From: Chromera velia
Lineage: Eukaryota
Reading direction: 5' to 3'
Length of the DNA stretch: 49,258 bases
Assembly (NCBI GenBank): GCA_018398765.1
Contig: JAHBMJ010000365.1
Span: 1-49,258, forward strand
The notes under the pieces were generated by a model, which saw only the letters and a program-made list of their open reading frames with translations, had not been told where the DNA came from and did not search any database. Position numbers and translations under genes: made by a program. Positions 1 through 12,506 of this stretch are shown in pieces; positions within the stretch are counted from its first letter, which is position 1; every line of letters starts with the position of its first letter.

Positions 1-683
1 TCAGGATTACGAATCTGGTCTTGTTTTTGATGATGCTTGCGTCTTCAACACCTTCATTCATAACAATCAGATGGATTCTCAGCATGGCATCTTCAAGATA
101 TCAAGCAACATGCATGCATGTACGTCTGACTAGCTGTTGCATGGTACATGGATGAATTATGCCGGGGCCTTCAAGCTTCTGCAAAATTATTTTGCATATG
201 CATGCAAAATCTGGAATAAATTAATGCTCAGGGGATGTGTATAGACGGAATCCCGCGGCCGCGGAAGATGGCTGTGCGCGCGTTGAGGCGCGGAGACGCC
301 TCAAGAGCTCAGTCTGACATGCAATGTCAGTCTGTCATGCATTGCCAGAGTCACAGTCAGACAGACGATGACAGACGTCAGATGCTTGTCATGTCAATGA
401 AGTGTTTCTTGACCCAATTAATGAAGGTAACTGCCATTCGCGCTCTTCCCATCGGTGTACATTTCTGATCGTTTCAGCAGGTTGTTCGCATATTACTATC
501 AGCACACAAACACAGGAAGCTGATGTATAGCCGGGTCGTATCTGCGGAGCGCCACAGTCAGCAGGCACAAGTCTGTCAAACGCACCAATGAGTGCCTTCC
601 TGATTTTGATCCGATCACAGAGAAGCACAAAGAAGTTTCTTGGCTGAGTGGTGTTCCCACGTGCTTCCTCCTCATCAGCTGTG

Positions 684-3600
684 ATGGAGGAGTTGGTGCG
701 CCATCTGGCGGAGATGCCGATGGGCTTGCGAGTGTTCGATGTGACCGGGTGCTCAACAGGGTCTCAGCAGGAGAAAGTGACGTGTGTTGCTGCTGAGGGC
801 TTTGATTTGAATGGATTGGCCTCGCAAGACTTGTCGGAAGATGAAGGAATTGCCATTTTGTTCGATGTCACTTCTGAAGCAGACGTGCAACTCGTTGATG
901 ACGTCCTCAGTCCGTTAGATGCAAATCACACTTCTCCTCCGATTTTGATGGTCTCCCCCGCACCATGGATACAGAAAGCGAAGGACCCCCAAAGAGGGGC
1001 CCTGTCTGCAGAGATCACGCAATTGGTCTCCACAGTAGTCGATCGCTTTATGCTCAGAGGGGCAGACGACGTTCTGTGGGTGGACATGGAGCCAGTCGCG
1101 GAGATCGGTCCCAAAGTAGCGTTGGCAGTGCAGATAAGCCTGCTGAAGGTGCAGCACTACATGGCCCGAGCGTTTCGAGAAGATGACGGACAGGCCAACA
1201 AAGAAATGCTAGAGACAATGTCTGCAAGGTACTATGACCTCCTTTGGCGATACATTCCTCGCCGTGTGCTTCCCCACTTCCCTGCTGTTCAAACCTCCAT
1301 AGTAGAGAGTGAGAGTGGGGTAGGGCCTTACTCTTTCGAGGAGCTCCTGGGGGAGTCCCTGTTGGGACCTGTGTGGAAGGCCCGAAACTCCAAGACGGGG
1401 GAGACGTTCGCAGTGAAGGCGATCAAGAAAGCCCGGATACAGTTGGTGGCTGAGTTGGAGGCGATCTACAGAGAAACGCGAGTCCTGCAGTCGCACCTTT
1501 CTCATCCGAACATTGTGCGAGTACAGGAGTTGCTGCACACGCCCACAAGCCTCTACCTGGTCAGTCGGGGGGAAGGTAGCTGGGAAGAATGCGCGCAGCT
1601 AGGACTGCACATGTGAATTGTTTTGTGAAAGGAAGGAGGCGGAAGGAAGAGTCTCAGAGACACAGAGTGGAAAGGAGAGTGAATGCGGCATGTGGGAAGG
1701 GGCGAGGAAAATGCTTCTTTTATCGCATGCATTTCGTTGTTTTGTATTGCACGGGATCTTCTACTGCGTACGTTCCCTTCCTTGCAAGTTTGCGGCCCGC
1801 GGATTTTTTTTTTTCTTTCTGCACGCATCGCACTGCTGCCTTAATTGTCTCTTTGTTTCTTCCCCTCTTGGTCCTCCCTTGACTTTCCCTCTCTTTCCAA
1901 GGCTGCCGAAAGAGAAATAGGTGATTATCAATCTTGCATCATGCAGCATTCATAAGAGATCTTCTCTCTACCTCTGGCCGGCCAACCGTCCCTCCCTCCC
2001 TAGCTCCGTTTCCCTGAGTGACTCCCCTCCCTCGCCCTTCGATCCAGCCTCCTTCCTTCCGTCTCTCTCCCCTTCGTCCTTCGTGCGTGCGTGCAGGTCC
2101 GGGAGTTCTGCGGTCAAAAGGACCTGTACGAAATTATTTCGGGCAGCAAGGGGGGCGGGATTCCCCTCGAGAACGCGCAGAAGTACTTCTGTGAGATCCT
2201 CGCAGCAGTCGACCACTGCCATCAACGGAACATTTGCCATCGGTGAGGGAGGCAAGCAGGGAGACGGAAGAGAGAGAGACTGCAGGCAGGTGTGATCGTG
2301 TCAAAGGAAAACGACAGGGCATCAGGGCGGAGAAGTGGATGGATGATCTGATAGCTTGAGAGAATTTGAGAAAGCGGGGGAAGGATGCAGACAGACCCCT
2401 TGCGCAGTACATTGAGCCTTGAGACTGTCAAACAGAATTCCCTCGCTGTTGGTTTTGATCACCACTCTCTGTGTATCCTCTTTGCTTGCGGAAGAAGGAG
2501 TACACTGATCTTCATTTGGTACTAGAGGGAGGGATCGTGCTTGTCTGTCTATATAGATAAATGCGTGGACGGACGGATGTGTGCAGAGATTTGAAGCCCG
2601 AGACCATTTGTCTCGACGACAGCGGCCACGTGAAGCTGAACGACTTTGGCCTTTGTGCCGTGGTGAAACCTGGGCAGATGCTCCGAACGCCCTGTGGCTC
2701 TGTCCCGTTTGCTGCCCCCGAGGTGATGGGCCGGGGCCCATACGAGGGTTTTGCTGCGGATGCCTGGGCTCTCGGGGTGGTCCTTTTGGAGTTGTTGTGT
2801 GGGGTGGAGACCCTGGAGGAATTGTATGGGTGGGAGAAGAACGACTCGAAGGTGGGTCAGATGGTGCCAGGAAGGAATGGCCGCTTAAACTTACAGATTT
2901 TCTTTGTCCCTCTCATTTTCATTGTGGTCGGGATGGGTAGGGTGCATCAAATAGTGGGCTGGGACGTCGTCGGATATTTTTTTTCTTGTTCATCCTGCCC
3001 AGAGATACGTCTTTCGCCTCTCAGTTGCGCGTCTCAACCGATTTTTGGGTCTGCTTTCTTGATGTTTTTATATTGTTTGAATAAGTGGTACAGAGAGTTC
3101 AATAGAGCTGTGTTTGGGGGGCAAATTCTGTCTGGAAAACAAAAAAGAGGCTTTCTTTCTGCAACAAAGCCATAAAGCCCCCGAAAGGACGTGTCTGTCG
3201 TCTCTTGTTCTTGGTGCACGAACGCAGGTGAGGGGTCCCGAGAGCGTGGCAGAAATTCAGCGTTTCTTTGAGACCAAGAGAGACTCCATTGACGTGAAGG
3301 TCCGTCAAGCCACCGCCGCTGTGGCCTCTGCACACGGCCTGGCTGAGCCTCAGGACACAGAGCTCCGGAAAGTGCTCCAACTGCTGCACGGACTTCTCGA
3401 ACCTGATCCATTGAGGAGAGCAGGTGTGAGGGAGGTGTTTGCGTTCAGTTGGGTCAAAGGGGCTCTGGCAGTTGCAGGGAATGGAAACCTTCAGGCTCTC
3501 CGAGCACCTGGGGTTACATTTGTTGCGCAGTCTCCTTCCATTTCTCACTCCCCTCTTCTATTCTCACCAGGAGTGAAGTCTCGGACTGTGAAGAGAATCA

Positions 3601-4109
3601 GCTTTGCGGGGACTCTTCCGGTTTTGGGAGAGAACACAAAAGCAGAGCAGGAGTCTGTTGCAGTCGTTGCTCCTTCTGCAGAAAAGCCGGTTGTGGGCAT
3701 CATCCACAAAGATCCAAGAGGGGGCCGCCTCTCTTCACAGGACGGATCCCTCATCCCCCCGGAACCTCTGCCTATGGGCAGCAGGCAGAGGAGCGCAGCC
3801 AGCGATGCCACGACCGGTGCGGTGATACAACACCCCCAGGGCAGTGGCAGTAGCGGCAGCAATGCCGGTGTCGATGCGCTGGGTGACGGGCAGCCCGCGC
3901 TGGTGCCCCACGCCCAGACAGAGAGAGTGGTCACGCAGACGCCCCTGGTGTCGGGGGGAGGACACACCCAACGGCGTGCAAAGACCCTGCACGGGGGGCG
4001 CAGCAGCAGCGGGGGCATAGACCCTCAATTGAAGGCAGCAGCCACGAAGCTGCGTGCCCAGCTTCTGCTTGATTGTGGGAAGGAGAAGGAAGGGAGGAAT
4101 AGTGGGTAG
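684..4109 (+). CDS. Ser/Thr protein kinase (CAMK/SNF1-like) with an N-terminal receiver (REC)-like region; 4 exons
   Basis: Exons 684-1559, 2097-2242, 2587-2851 and 3228-4109 join in frame through GT-AG introns. Kinase motifs: FAVKAI (VAIK Lys), HPNIV, CHRDLKPET, DFG, CGSVPFAAPE, DAWALGV, LLEPDPLRR. The N-terminus has REC-like segments AILFD, PPILMVS and GADDVL. The C-tail is low complexity. Confidence 0.88.
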
Positions 4110-5399
4110 GTACGAGAGAATTAAGACTTGCAGGGAGAGCCTCATGGGAATGATCGAGGCGAGATTCGATCGAAAGGAAGCAGGAAGAGGTGGTTGAGGG
4201 AGGCTCTGAATGTGGGAAGGAGTCTGCTTGGGTTGGCAGACTGTGTCGACGCTTTTTTTCTTCTCTCTCTGCCCCACTTCCTTCTCTTCGTCTTTCCTTT
4301 CTTTCTTCCTTTAGGCCTCTGTCTTCCTTCTCAACGCTCTCTCTTCTGTTTGCGTTGCGGCCGATGTTCTCTTCCTTTTCCTTCCTGTAATAGAGTGAGT
4401 AGCTTGGAGGTGGCACGAAGCAGGACGATCTAAACAAATATCTATTTCTTATTTCATTTGTCGGTGAAGAGTAAGGGGAGGTGCGGTGCGTGGGACTCGG
4501 GGAAGGGAGAAGGGAGGGGTTTGACGAAAAAAATAGTCTTTGGTAGTGGCGACTGATCAAGAGTGAAGACAGACCAAAGTGGCCGGAATGGGGGTGGATC
4601 TGCATATAAATCAGAAGTGCTTCATTTGTGTCTCTGAATCTTTTTTCGATGCGTGGGGATGAACAGAAGCTGCTTCCTCCTTCTCGTTCACTCATCTCCT
4701 CTTGTTTCTTCTTCCTTTTCTTCTTCTGAAGGTATTCACTCCGTAGCCACTTGCCTTGGGGCAGGCCTTGCGGGGGCCTATCTCTGCTGTCTATTTATAC
4801 TCTCTTCTTCTGCAGCTGACGTAAAACGAAATGAAAGGGCGCCCTGCATACTCAAACAATGAAGTGGCAGGACATCAACAAAACGCTGCCTGACGAAAAA
4901 TAGTTTTTGAAAAAGGCTCCAGCTCTCCATGAGTTTCTTGCACCTGCGAGTTTTCCCACCCTCTTCCCCTGGCATGTGTTTCGACACTCGTGCGCCTCCC
5001 TTTCTGCTTTTCGCACGAATACTGCTATTTATCGATTCAAGGTGCTCTCTCTCATGCAGTCTTTGCTTGGGGTGTGGCTGTCCTCTGTTAACGCTCCCCT
5101 TTCTCCCGTCTCTCTATCTGTCCCCCTTTCGTGCATTCGTTCTTCCATACAAACCCCTTCAGAGCAGGCTTCAGAGCGCATGACTACCGCCATGTCATTG
5201 CAAAGCCGCATGCACACTTCTATTGGAGTCTAGATTGGAGTAAGGTTTGTGATTGTGGTTCGAGCTGTGGCTTAATTCGCTCGGCGCTCGCCTCTGGGCC
5301 TAACTGTGAGCTTGCCCAGGTTGAAGTTGCCCTTTGTGTCTGTATGCACTGTGCAGCCAAATTCACAGCGTCGAGCAAACGCCAACAAACATTCAAGTT

Positions 5400-6245
5400 A
5401 TTAATTCAACTTGATTTGAAATTGTATAGTTTTCAAATATCTTTTTTACTGGCTAGTTTAATATGTGTGCATGTTAGCTAGGCATGTTAGTTTGCATGCA
5501 CTGGCATGCATGCTTTTCCAGAAGTGGAAGCGTTTAATTAAAAAGAGCTTTAAAAAAAATATTTGTCTGAAACTATAGCTACATAGGTCCCAAATAGATT
5601 TGTCTTAATTTAATTATTCTTGCATGGGTCGATGATGATATCATGATACTGTCGATCAATTTACAAAAAAATATAGCTTGACTAAGCTTGTTAATTCAAT
5701 CCGCACTGCGTTTATGTCATACTATATATATAAAGATTTTCTAATGTCCAAACGTTTTTTTTATCTATAGGAGTAACGGTCTAGTTCACAGTTTATATAG
5801 CTATATATATAGGGATTAGGTTCCGATTAGCAAACGCCACTGACAAAAACAAAATTACTAGTAAATGAAAGCTAAAAACCGCTAAGCAACCTCATTTTAT
5901 CTATAATTTATAAAAAATAAGGGCGAATTGGATCAACTTCTCAACAGTGAAACAATTTTTAGATTGAACAATTTTAAATAAATTCTAGAATAAATAAGCC
6001 ACGTAGAACTATTACTATAATAACTTAGCCTTTTCAGAGCTAATATCACCAGCAATTATATTCTAAACGCTTACAATGGGCCTGTTAATGGTCATACTGA
6101 CTCGGAGTCGATAAACACGCTAATAATACGGTTAATTCGCATATTAAATGGGGGCTAGAATGGGGGGTCCCCAAAATTTAAGAACGAAGAAACGTACGAA
6201 GCTACCCGATCTTCAATTCCAAGCACGGTGTTCAATTTTTTTTTT
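5400..6245. other. AT/TpA-rich intergenic island between convergent genes (probable decayed repeat)
   Basis: Abrupt compositional shift with dense TA/TAA/TAG/CTA and no ORF in the track between 5481 and 6435. Boundaries are approximate. Confidence 0.7.
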
Positions 6246-6576
6246 CGCTCTGACTAGCTGTCAGTTCTAGTCACGAATCTGGTGTCAGTTTTTCTCAGTC
6301 TTCTGCTTGAGAGTGTCTCATGAAAGTTCATCGGCAGGAGGCAGAACGGAGAGATCGATACGAAAGATCCTTCTCGAACCCTTCTTGCTTCACTGATCCT
6401 TCATGCATGCAGTCTCTGGGAACCAAGGAGCCGAGTGATCCTCTTTAGAGGGCACGCTTCACTCCTCTCATCTCCTTCACCCCCACGTCTTCCGACCCGC
6501 CATCTTGCCTTGCCCGTACATCCATCGTCCACTCATGCAAGTCTCACGCCGGCAGTTTCGAATCCCTACCAGCCCC

Positions 6577-6740
6577 TCATGACCCCCCCCCTCCCTGCGA
6601 GGAGGCCGGAGGAAGACTGGGTGTGGCAGAGGCCAGGATCTCTCTCGCGAGGACGTGCCTGAGGGGGTTCCAGTCGAACGTCTCTCGGGAGATGGGAAAC
6701 ACCCGCCTGCACTCCTTCAGGGCTCCTTCGTCTGCCAGCG

Positions 6741-6795
<55 letters not shown>

Positions 6796-8330
6796 GGAGG
6801 GAGAGAGAGAGGGAGAGTTTGAAAAGACCCACATCACTTTTTATCTCTTTGCATACATTTCATACGGAAACCGTGTCTCACTTGACTTCCCTCTTTGTCG
6901 GTGGACGAGAGAGCTAATCAATGACCTCTCCTCCGGTTGGGCACACAACAAACAGAGACTCAGAGAGAGACCTCCTCTTGCTCGCCAGTTCAAAATCTTT
7001 CCCAAGATCCATTATTGATTGATTGATTGATCATAGGCCATCAAAGAGTTCGTCTCAAACAACCGTTTCTGCACCTGGCCATCTTTCCCTTCTGCGCTCT
7101 ATCTTTCTATGGTTGCCCTTTTCTTCCACCGGGAACAAATGCTGTACTTCGTCTCTGTCAACGAATCCCAAGTTGGCCGACACCCCAGACGATCCTTCCA
7201 TGGACACAAAAACACCAAAGAAGACGGAAAAGAAACATCCAAAACTTCACTTGCAAACTTGCTGCATACCCCCCTTCACTTCCACTAGCTCCACCAGGCC
7301 CGACTCTCCTTCCTCCTTTCAAACATTCCTGCAAACGAAGGCACTCACTTACTCAGAGGCAACCCGTCGACTGTAGTCATCGGAGCGTGGGCAGAAGCGG
7401 TGGAGGTTGCGGATGTCGAGGGTGTGGTGGCTGCCACGGTGCGGTCGTGAAGGGCCGACTCGATCGTTTTGATCCTCTGGACAATCTCGACTGCCAACTT
7501 GTCAACCGACTGCATCGATCCATTCATTCATCCATCCATCCATTCATTCATTCATTCATTCATTCGAGTGATCATGTCAGCTCTCAGATTGTACCAGAGA
7601 GATCGTGCAGAGCTTTCTCGATGAAGAGAAAGACACTCATGTCCGGAAGAGGCGAAAGACGTGACAGGAAGGACTGCAAAGTTCCACGAGATGAGTCGAA
7701 CAAAAGAAAAAAAAAAGTTGTGCAGATCCGGTCGATGCCTTCCTTCGGTCTCTGCTTCGGCCCTCTGCTGTCCCTGGTTATATACTTTCTTTCTACTTCT
7801 GTGTCTTTACAGAAGGGGAAACCGGAGAGAGAAAGCACCCGGGTGCCCACCTACCTTGAGAGCCTCTTTGCTCTCGACCTCAAAGCGGACGTCCTTGTGC
7901 GACCTCAGCTGCACGTTCCCCTCCTCAAAGTGATGAGCGCACGACTCCACAGTGCCCTGCATGGACTCACGCAGGCATGCATGCAGGCAGGCAGGCAAAT
8001 AGAGGTGACAATTGCATGCATGCAGGCAAATAGAGATGAGAATTTCACTGTCCACTCTTCAGAAAGGGCGCACGAAACACACGAACCAAGGAGGATAGTC
8101 AGTAAAGAATAAAACGCTGCCTTATGGGAATCTGCAAAAGAAGGGACAAAGAAAAAAGTAAGAGAGACTGTCCCAAACCACCCCCACGAACAAACGAACG
8201 AGCCAAAAAACGCACCGCACATCCCGCAGCTGCCAAAGAGGTCCCCGCAGCGTTTTCGAATTTGACCATCACACGCCACTCAGAACTCCAGCTGCACCCC
8301 CTGCATGCACCAGAGAGAACACACAAAGAG

Positions 8331-8365
<35 letters not shown>

Positions 8366-8445
8366 AAAAAGGAAGGAAGGAAGGAAGGAAGGAAGAAAGG
8401 AAGAAAGAAAGAAACAAAGAAAGAAAGAAAGAAAGAAAAAAGGAA

Positions 8446-8477
<32 letters not shown>

Positions 8478-8516
8478 AAAGGAAGGAAGGAAGGAAGGAA
8501 GGAAGAAAGGAAGAAA

Positions 8517-8554
<38 letters not shown>

Positions 8555-8559
8555 AAAAA

Positions 8560-8593
<34 letters not shown>

Positions 8594-8598
8594 AAAAA

Positions 8599-8635
<37 letters not shown>

Positions 8636-8637
8636 GA

Positions 8638-8685
<48 letters not shown>

Positions 8686-8702
8686 GAGAAAGGAAGAATA
8701 AA

Positions 8703-8734
<32 letters not shown>

Positions 8735-8745
8735 AAAGGAAGGAA

Positions 8746-8782
<37 letters not shown>

Positions 8783-8784
8783 GA

Positions 8785-8815
<31 letters not shown>

Positions 8816-11030
8816 GGAATTCGACACATGCAAGACTAAACAAACACAACCGGAAAACAAAGTTCTGGAGCCACAAGTGGTGTTTCAAAAGAATGATTGA
8901 TGTTCGCTGCGGTATTTCCACTGGGAGGTGCCACCAGAGAACCAGAAGGAGCAAGCAGAAAAGCAGTGATCACACACAGAAACGTTTCAATCAATCAACA
9001 GGACCCCCACGAGTAAGTACAAGCAGCGTTGCATGAAAGAAAGACCCCCCCCCCCCTTCATCATCTTCAGCAGCAGAAAGAACCAGAGGGTCAAGAAAGG
9101 AAAGGCAGGAAGGAATTCCGACATGACGTCATCTCATGCCACAAAAATACACATGCTTCATGTATGAGAAGAAAGATGGAGTCACTGGAATGAAACAGAA
9201 AAGAAAGACGGACCAGAAGTTCTTCAGGTTCAGATTCCGAGAGGCAATCACGATGGCCAGGGGATAGGTGCCTCGGCTCTTTTCCTCTGCCGTCTCCTCA
9301 GGACTGAAGACCCCCCATGCGAGGTTCCGGTTTCTATTCGGGGCAGAGGGAAGGAGAGGAAAAACCGATTTGGTCAGCTGGGGTTTTTGCGCTGCTGCAT
9401 ACCTCTCTGAGGCACTCTGGGACAATTCTTTTTTGTCCTTTTCCTCCTTTGTCAATTCCTCTTTTTTCTCGTCTTTCTCCGCATTTCCCTGGGCATTTGC
9501 GAGAGGGTTGGGGGCATTCTCCAGGGAATCTGGGGGAAAGAACGAACGCACGTAGAGGGCGATCTGGTCCTCGAGAGCCTTCCTGCAAACAGGAATGAAG
9601 GGAGTTAGTTCATCGGAAGGGGGGAAGAAAGAGTGAAGGGTAACTGGTAAACGAAGGAGTAACGAGAACGCAGGTTTGAACTCGTGTGCAAGAGCACCTG
9701 TTTGTATGCAGGATGCATGCGGGTTGCTTGTTTCCTGATTATGTGAATGTGCTGACAGGGAAGCACAGAGATGGATGGTGCCAGGCAAGAAAGGCAAAAA
9801 ATTCATGGAAAGACCAGCTATCCGGAAGAGAAAGGGATGCATTGCGATGTGTTGAGACGTGGGCACATGCCATGCCTGCAGAGGGAATGAAAGTCCAACT
9901 CGACTCAAACGCCAGGAATAATTTCGTGGGCGCTCAAACCCCATCAATCCTCTCTTAATTGCTGCTACATAATTTGCTTCTCGAGATGTTTCTTCTAGTT
10001 TCCGGACAATGGTGCTTCTGCGGAAAGAGAAAAGGTTCAAAACGAAACCACATCATTCCGACAAACAGACCTCAACGGTTCCCTCTGGGCAGGAAAGAGA
10101 TTGGACTCTGCCGCTACCGGAAACCCCAAACAAGCCTGTACAGAGGCACACAGGCAGAGAAGGTATCAAAAATGCGCGAGAGGTACACAGGGCAAGAGAG
10201 ATATGGGCTGGGAAGAGATTCACCTGTGAGAAGAAAGGTCCCTGCTGGGGAGCAAATGCTGCGGCAGAATGGGTTGTCTCAGTGACCGAGAGAGAAACCA
10301 GGGGGACAAGAGAAGGATTCTTTTCTGCTTGCTTTTGCTACATCATTTCGGGTGTCTATTCCCTCCAAACTTTACGAAAAGATATGCGAAGAGAAGTAGC
10401 AGTGCCTATTTTTGTCTAGGTGCCGGCCTAACCTGTGACACATGGTTGATCTCAAAGATGTGCTTTGTACGTGGTTCGATGTACTGGTTCTCCTTCCCGG
10501 GGACCCTTCCGGGCACACACACGACCCCCTGCAGAGAAAGACGGAGACCGGGGGGGGGAGACGGGATGATGTGAACGAAAGCGCGTGAGGAAGATTGAGG
10601 GCGCTTGCTTCTTTCGTGAAAGCTCATCTGCACACCGTTGCAAGAGATATTGCATGAAAAAAAAAAGAAAGAGGTGTCACGCATCAACAGGAAGGGCTTT
10701 CCTTGTCTGTCTACTGACTGACTCTTGGGCAACTGTTGAGAGGCAGTCTGACGGTGTGGAGGTTGGTCTCGTTGAACTCTTTGCAGATCGACTGGAGGAA
10801 CTTGTCACTCAAGACAGCCTCTTCGTTCCCGAAGAGCATACGACACTCTGCACAGAAACAGGGGCGAGAAGAATTCTCGACAACGGAACTATGCAGGGGC
10901 GGGGGGCGGAGGGTATACACGAGAAACTGTCAGAAAGAGACGGACCATTCAGGACATCTGTTAGTTCACCGGCAGGAGATTCCAGGAGGAAAAATTTTAG
11001 AATGCGCTGCTTTTCCTCAACAGATGTCAT
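6577..11030 (-). CDS. CAPZA: F-actin capping protein alpha subunit; 9 exons
   Basis: Exons 11030-10946, 10847-10723, 10528-10433, 10135-10071, 9582-9214, 8300-8216, 7956-7855, 7509-7353 and 6731-6577 are all frame-consistent. Family motifs: [61 protein letters not shown]. Confidence 0.92.
8326..8817. repeat. (GAAA)n/(GGAA)n microsatellite in capping protein intron 5
   Basis: Seen directly. Source of the spurious KERK/FLSF ORFs. Confidence 0.97.
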
Positions 11031-11707
11031 TCTTTCAAGTCAACTCGAGTGCTTCTGTTGTGAGGAAAATCGGACGGTAATGGAGAGCTAGAGGGCGGGT
11101 ACGCTACGCGAAGAACTTCCCGGAAATTCTGCTTTGCCAAGTGCTTCGCAGACCTTGCCTCCTCTTAATAGAAGTATTTCGTATGACAATAAAACGGATG
11201 TGTCACACACTTTCAGAAACACCTCATGCTGTTCTGGGGAATGGGGAAGCAGAGATCGAAGGAAAGAGTCACCGCACGATTCAACGACTCCGTCGGACGA
11301 TTCAAGATTCTCATGCAACGCAGCCGCGGGGCCCAAATTAAGGGCCGCGCACGTGGGGCTCGCGGATTTGGGCGTGCGTCAGTGGCCGTCCATCCGATTA
11401 ATCGGGTTCGTTGAAGAGAGCTTCCCCTTTCTCCTTACTGAGAAAGTATACTTTGTCTGTCAGACTAAGTCTTGGGGAGTATTGCACATAATCGCAGGAA
11501 GATGGCAAACATCTTTTGAAATTTGAATACGGTTGAATGGCTCCACCTGTCTGAAAGGACTGCGTCATTCTGAACGCCTGCAACAGACGACTCGGAGACG
11601 CAATTGTACCCCCACTCTTTGAGTTTTGCCCGTGATCAATTGATCCTCGATCATCTTTTGCTTCCTTTTGTATCTACTTGATCCACAGCAGCTTCGTGCA
11701 GAGAGTC
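11031..11707. promoter_or_regulatory. Putative bidirectional promoter, capping protein alpha / PDCD2
   Basis: 677 nt between divergent ATGs. Central CG-rich core gccgcggggccc...gggccgcgcacgtggggctcgcgg (about 11322-11366) includes CACGTG. Confidence 0.6.
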
Positions 11708-12469
11708 ATGGAGTCTTCTGAGTCAGAGGAGATCCTTTTGGGATTCGCGGAGGAGCCTCAAAAATCCGAGGTGCACCTCTTGCAAAGGCGGTTTTTCCCT
11801 TCCAAGATTGGGGGTAAACCCGCCTGGTTGGATCCTTGTAACCTTCCCGCACCCGACACTTTCTTTTGCGAACGATGCGGGCATCTGATGACGTTCATGC
11901 TGCAGATCTATGCAAGTCTGGATGACGCCCAATGCTTCCACCGTTCTCTTTTGGTGTTTTTCTGTCGGAACTGTGGAGACTCTCTTCGAGCCTTTAGGTG
12001 CCAGATGCCTCGGAAAAACCACTTCTACTCCCCCGACCCACCAGATGAAAAGAACAAGGACCTGCGGGATGAGTGGAGGGAGAAACTGTGCTGTGGCACT
12101 TGCGGCCTGCCCGTGCGAGTGCCCGGTCGGGTGGCTGAGGGCGGAGACGGCTCTGTATCCGTCTCTGCGTGTGAGGTTACTGAAGGAAGTCATAAAGTCT
12201 GCAAGGGAGCTGCGGAAGGCCGCGTGCTGCATGAGCAGGTGTTGGAGATTGACACTGAGGAGATCGACGAAGAGGCCGTCCAGGAAGACCTGGAGACTGA
12301 CAGCCCGGTGGCGGTCAGTTGTCTTGTTTTTTGTCTGTATCATGCTTTGCAAGCCGCGGAGGTGTGGGGGAGGGTCTTCTGTGAAACGGCTGTGGAAGGA
12401 AGGGATCGGGTGGATGAGCGGCGATAGTGACAATTTTTTTGCTCTCTGAGGACACGAGACGGAAGAAAT

Positions 12470-12506
<37 letters not shown>

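Noticed and set aside
4740..4760. ccgtagccacttg resembling the dinoflagellate/Perkinsus spliced leader (also cggtagccatttcaag at about 41814)
   Set aside because: Only about 9 nt match, and both sites lie downstream of genes rather than at 5' ends. Compatible with chance.
6250..6290. Short matches (tctgactagctgt, acgaatctggt) to positions 9-19 and 125-137
   Set aside because: The 11-13 nt matches are in inconsistent order and too short to support a repeat or element boundary.
8099..9036. Long K/E/R-rich and F/L/S-rich ORFs
   Set aside because: They are translations of the (GAAA)n microsatellite inside a capping-protein intron.
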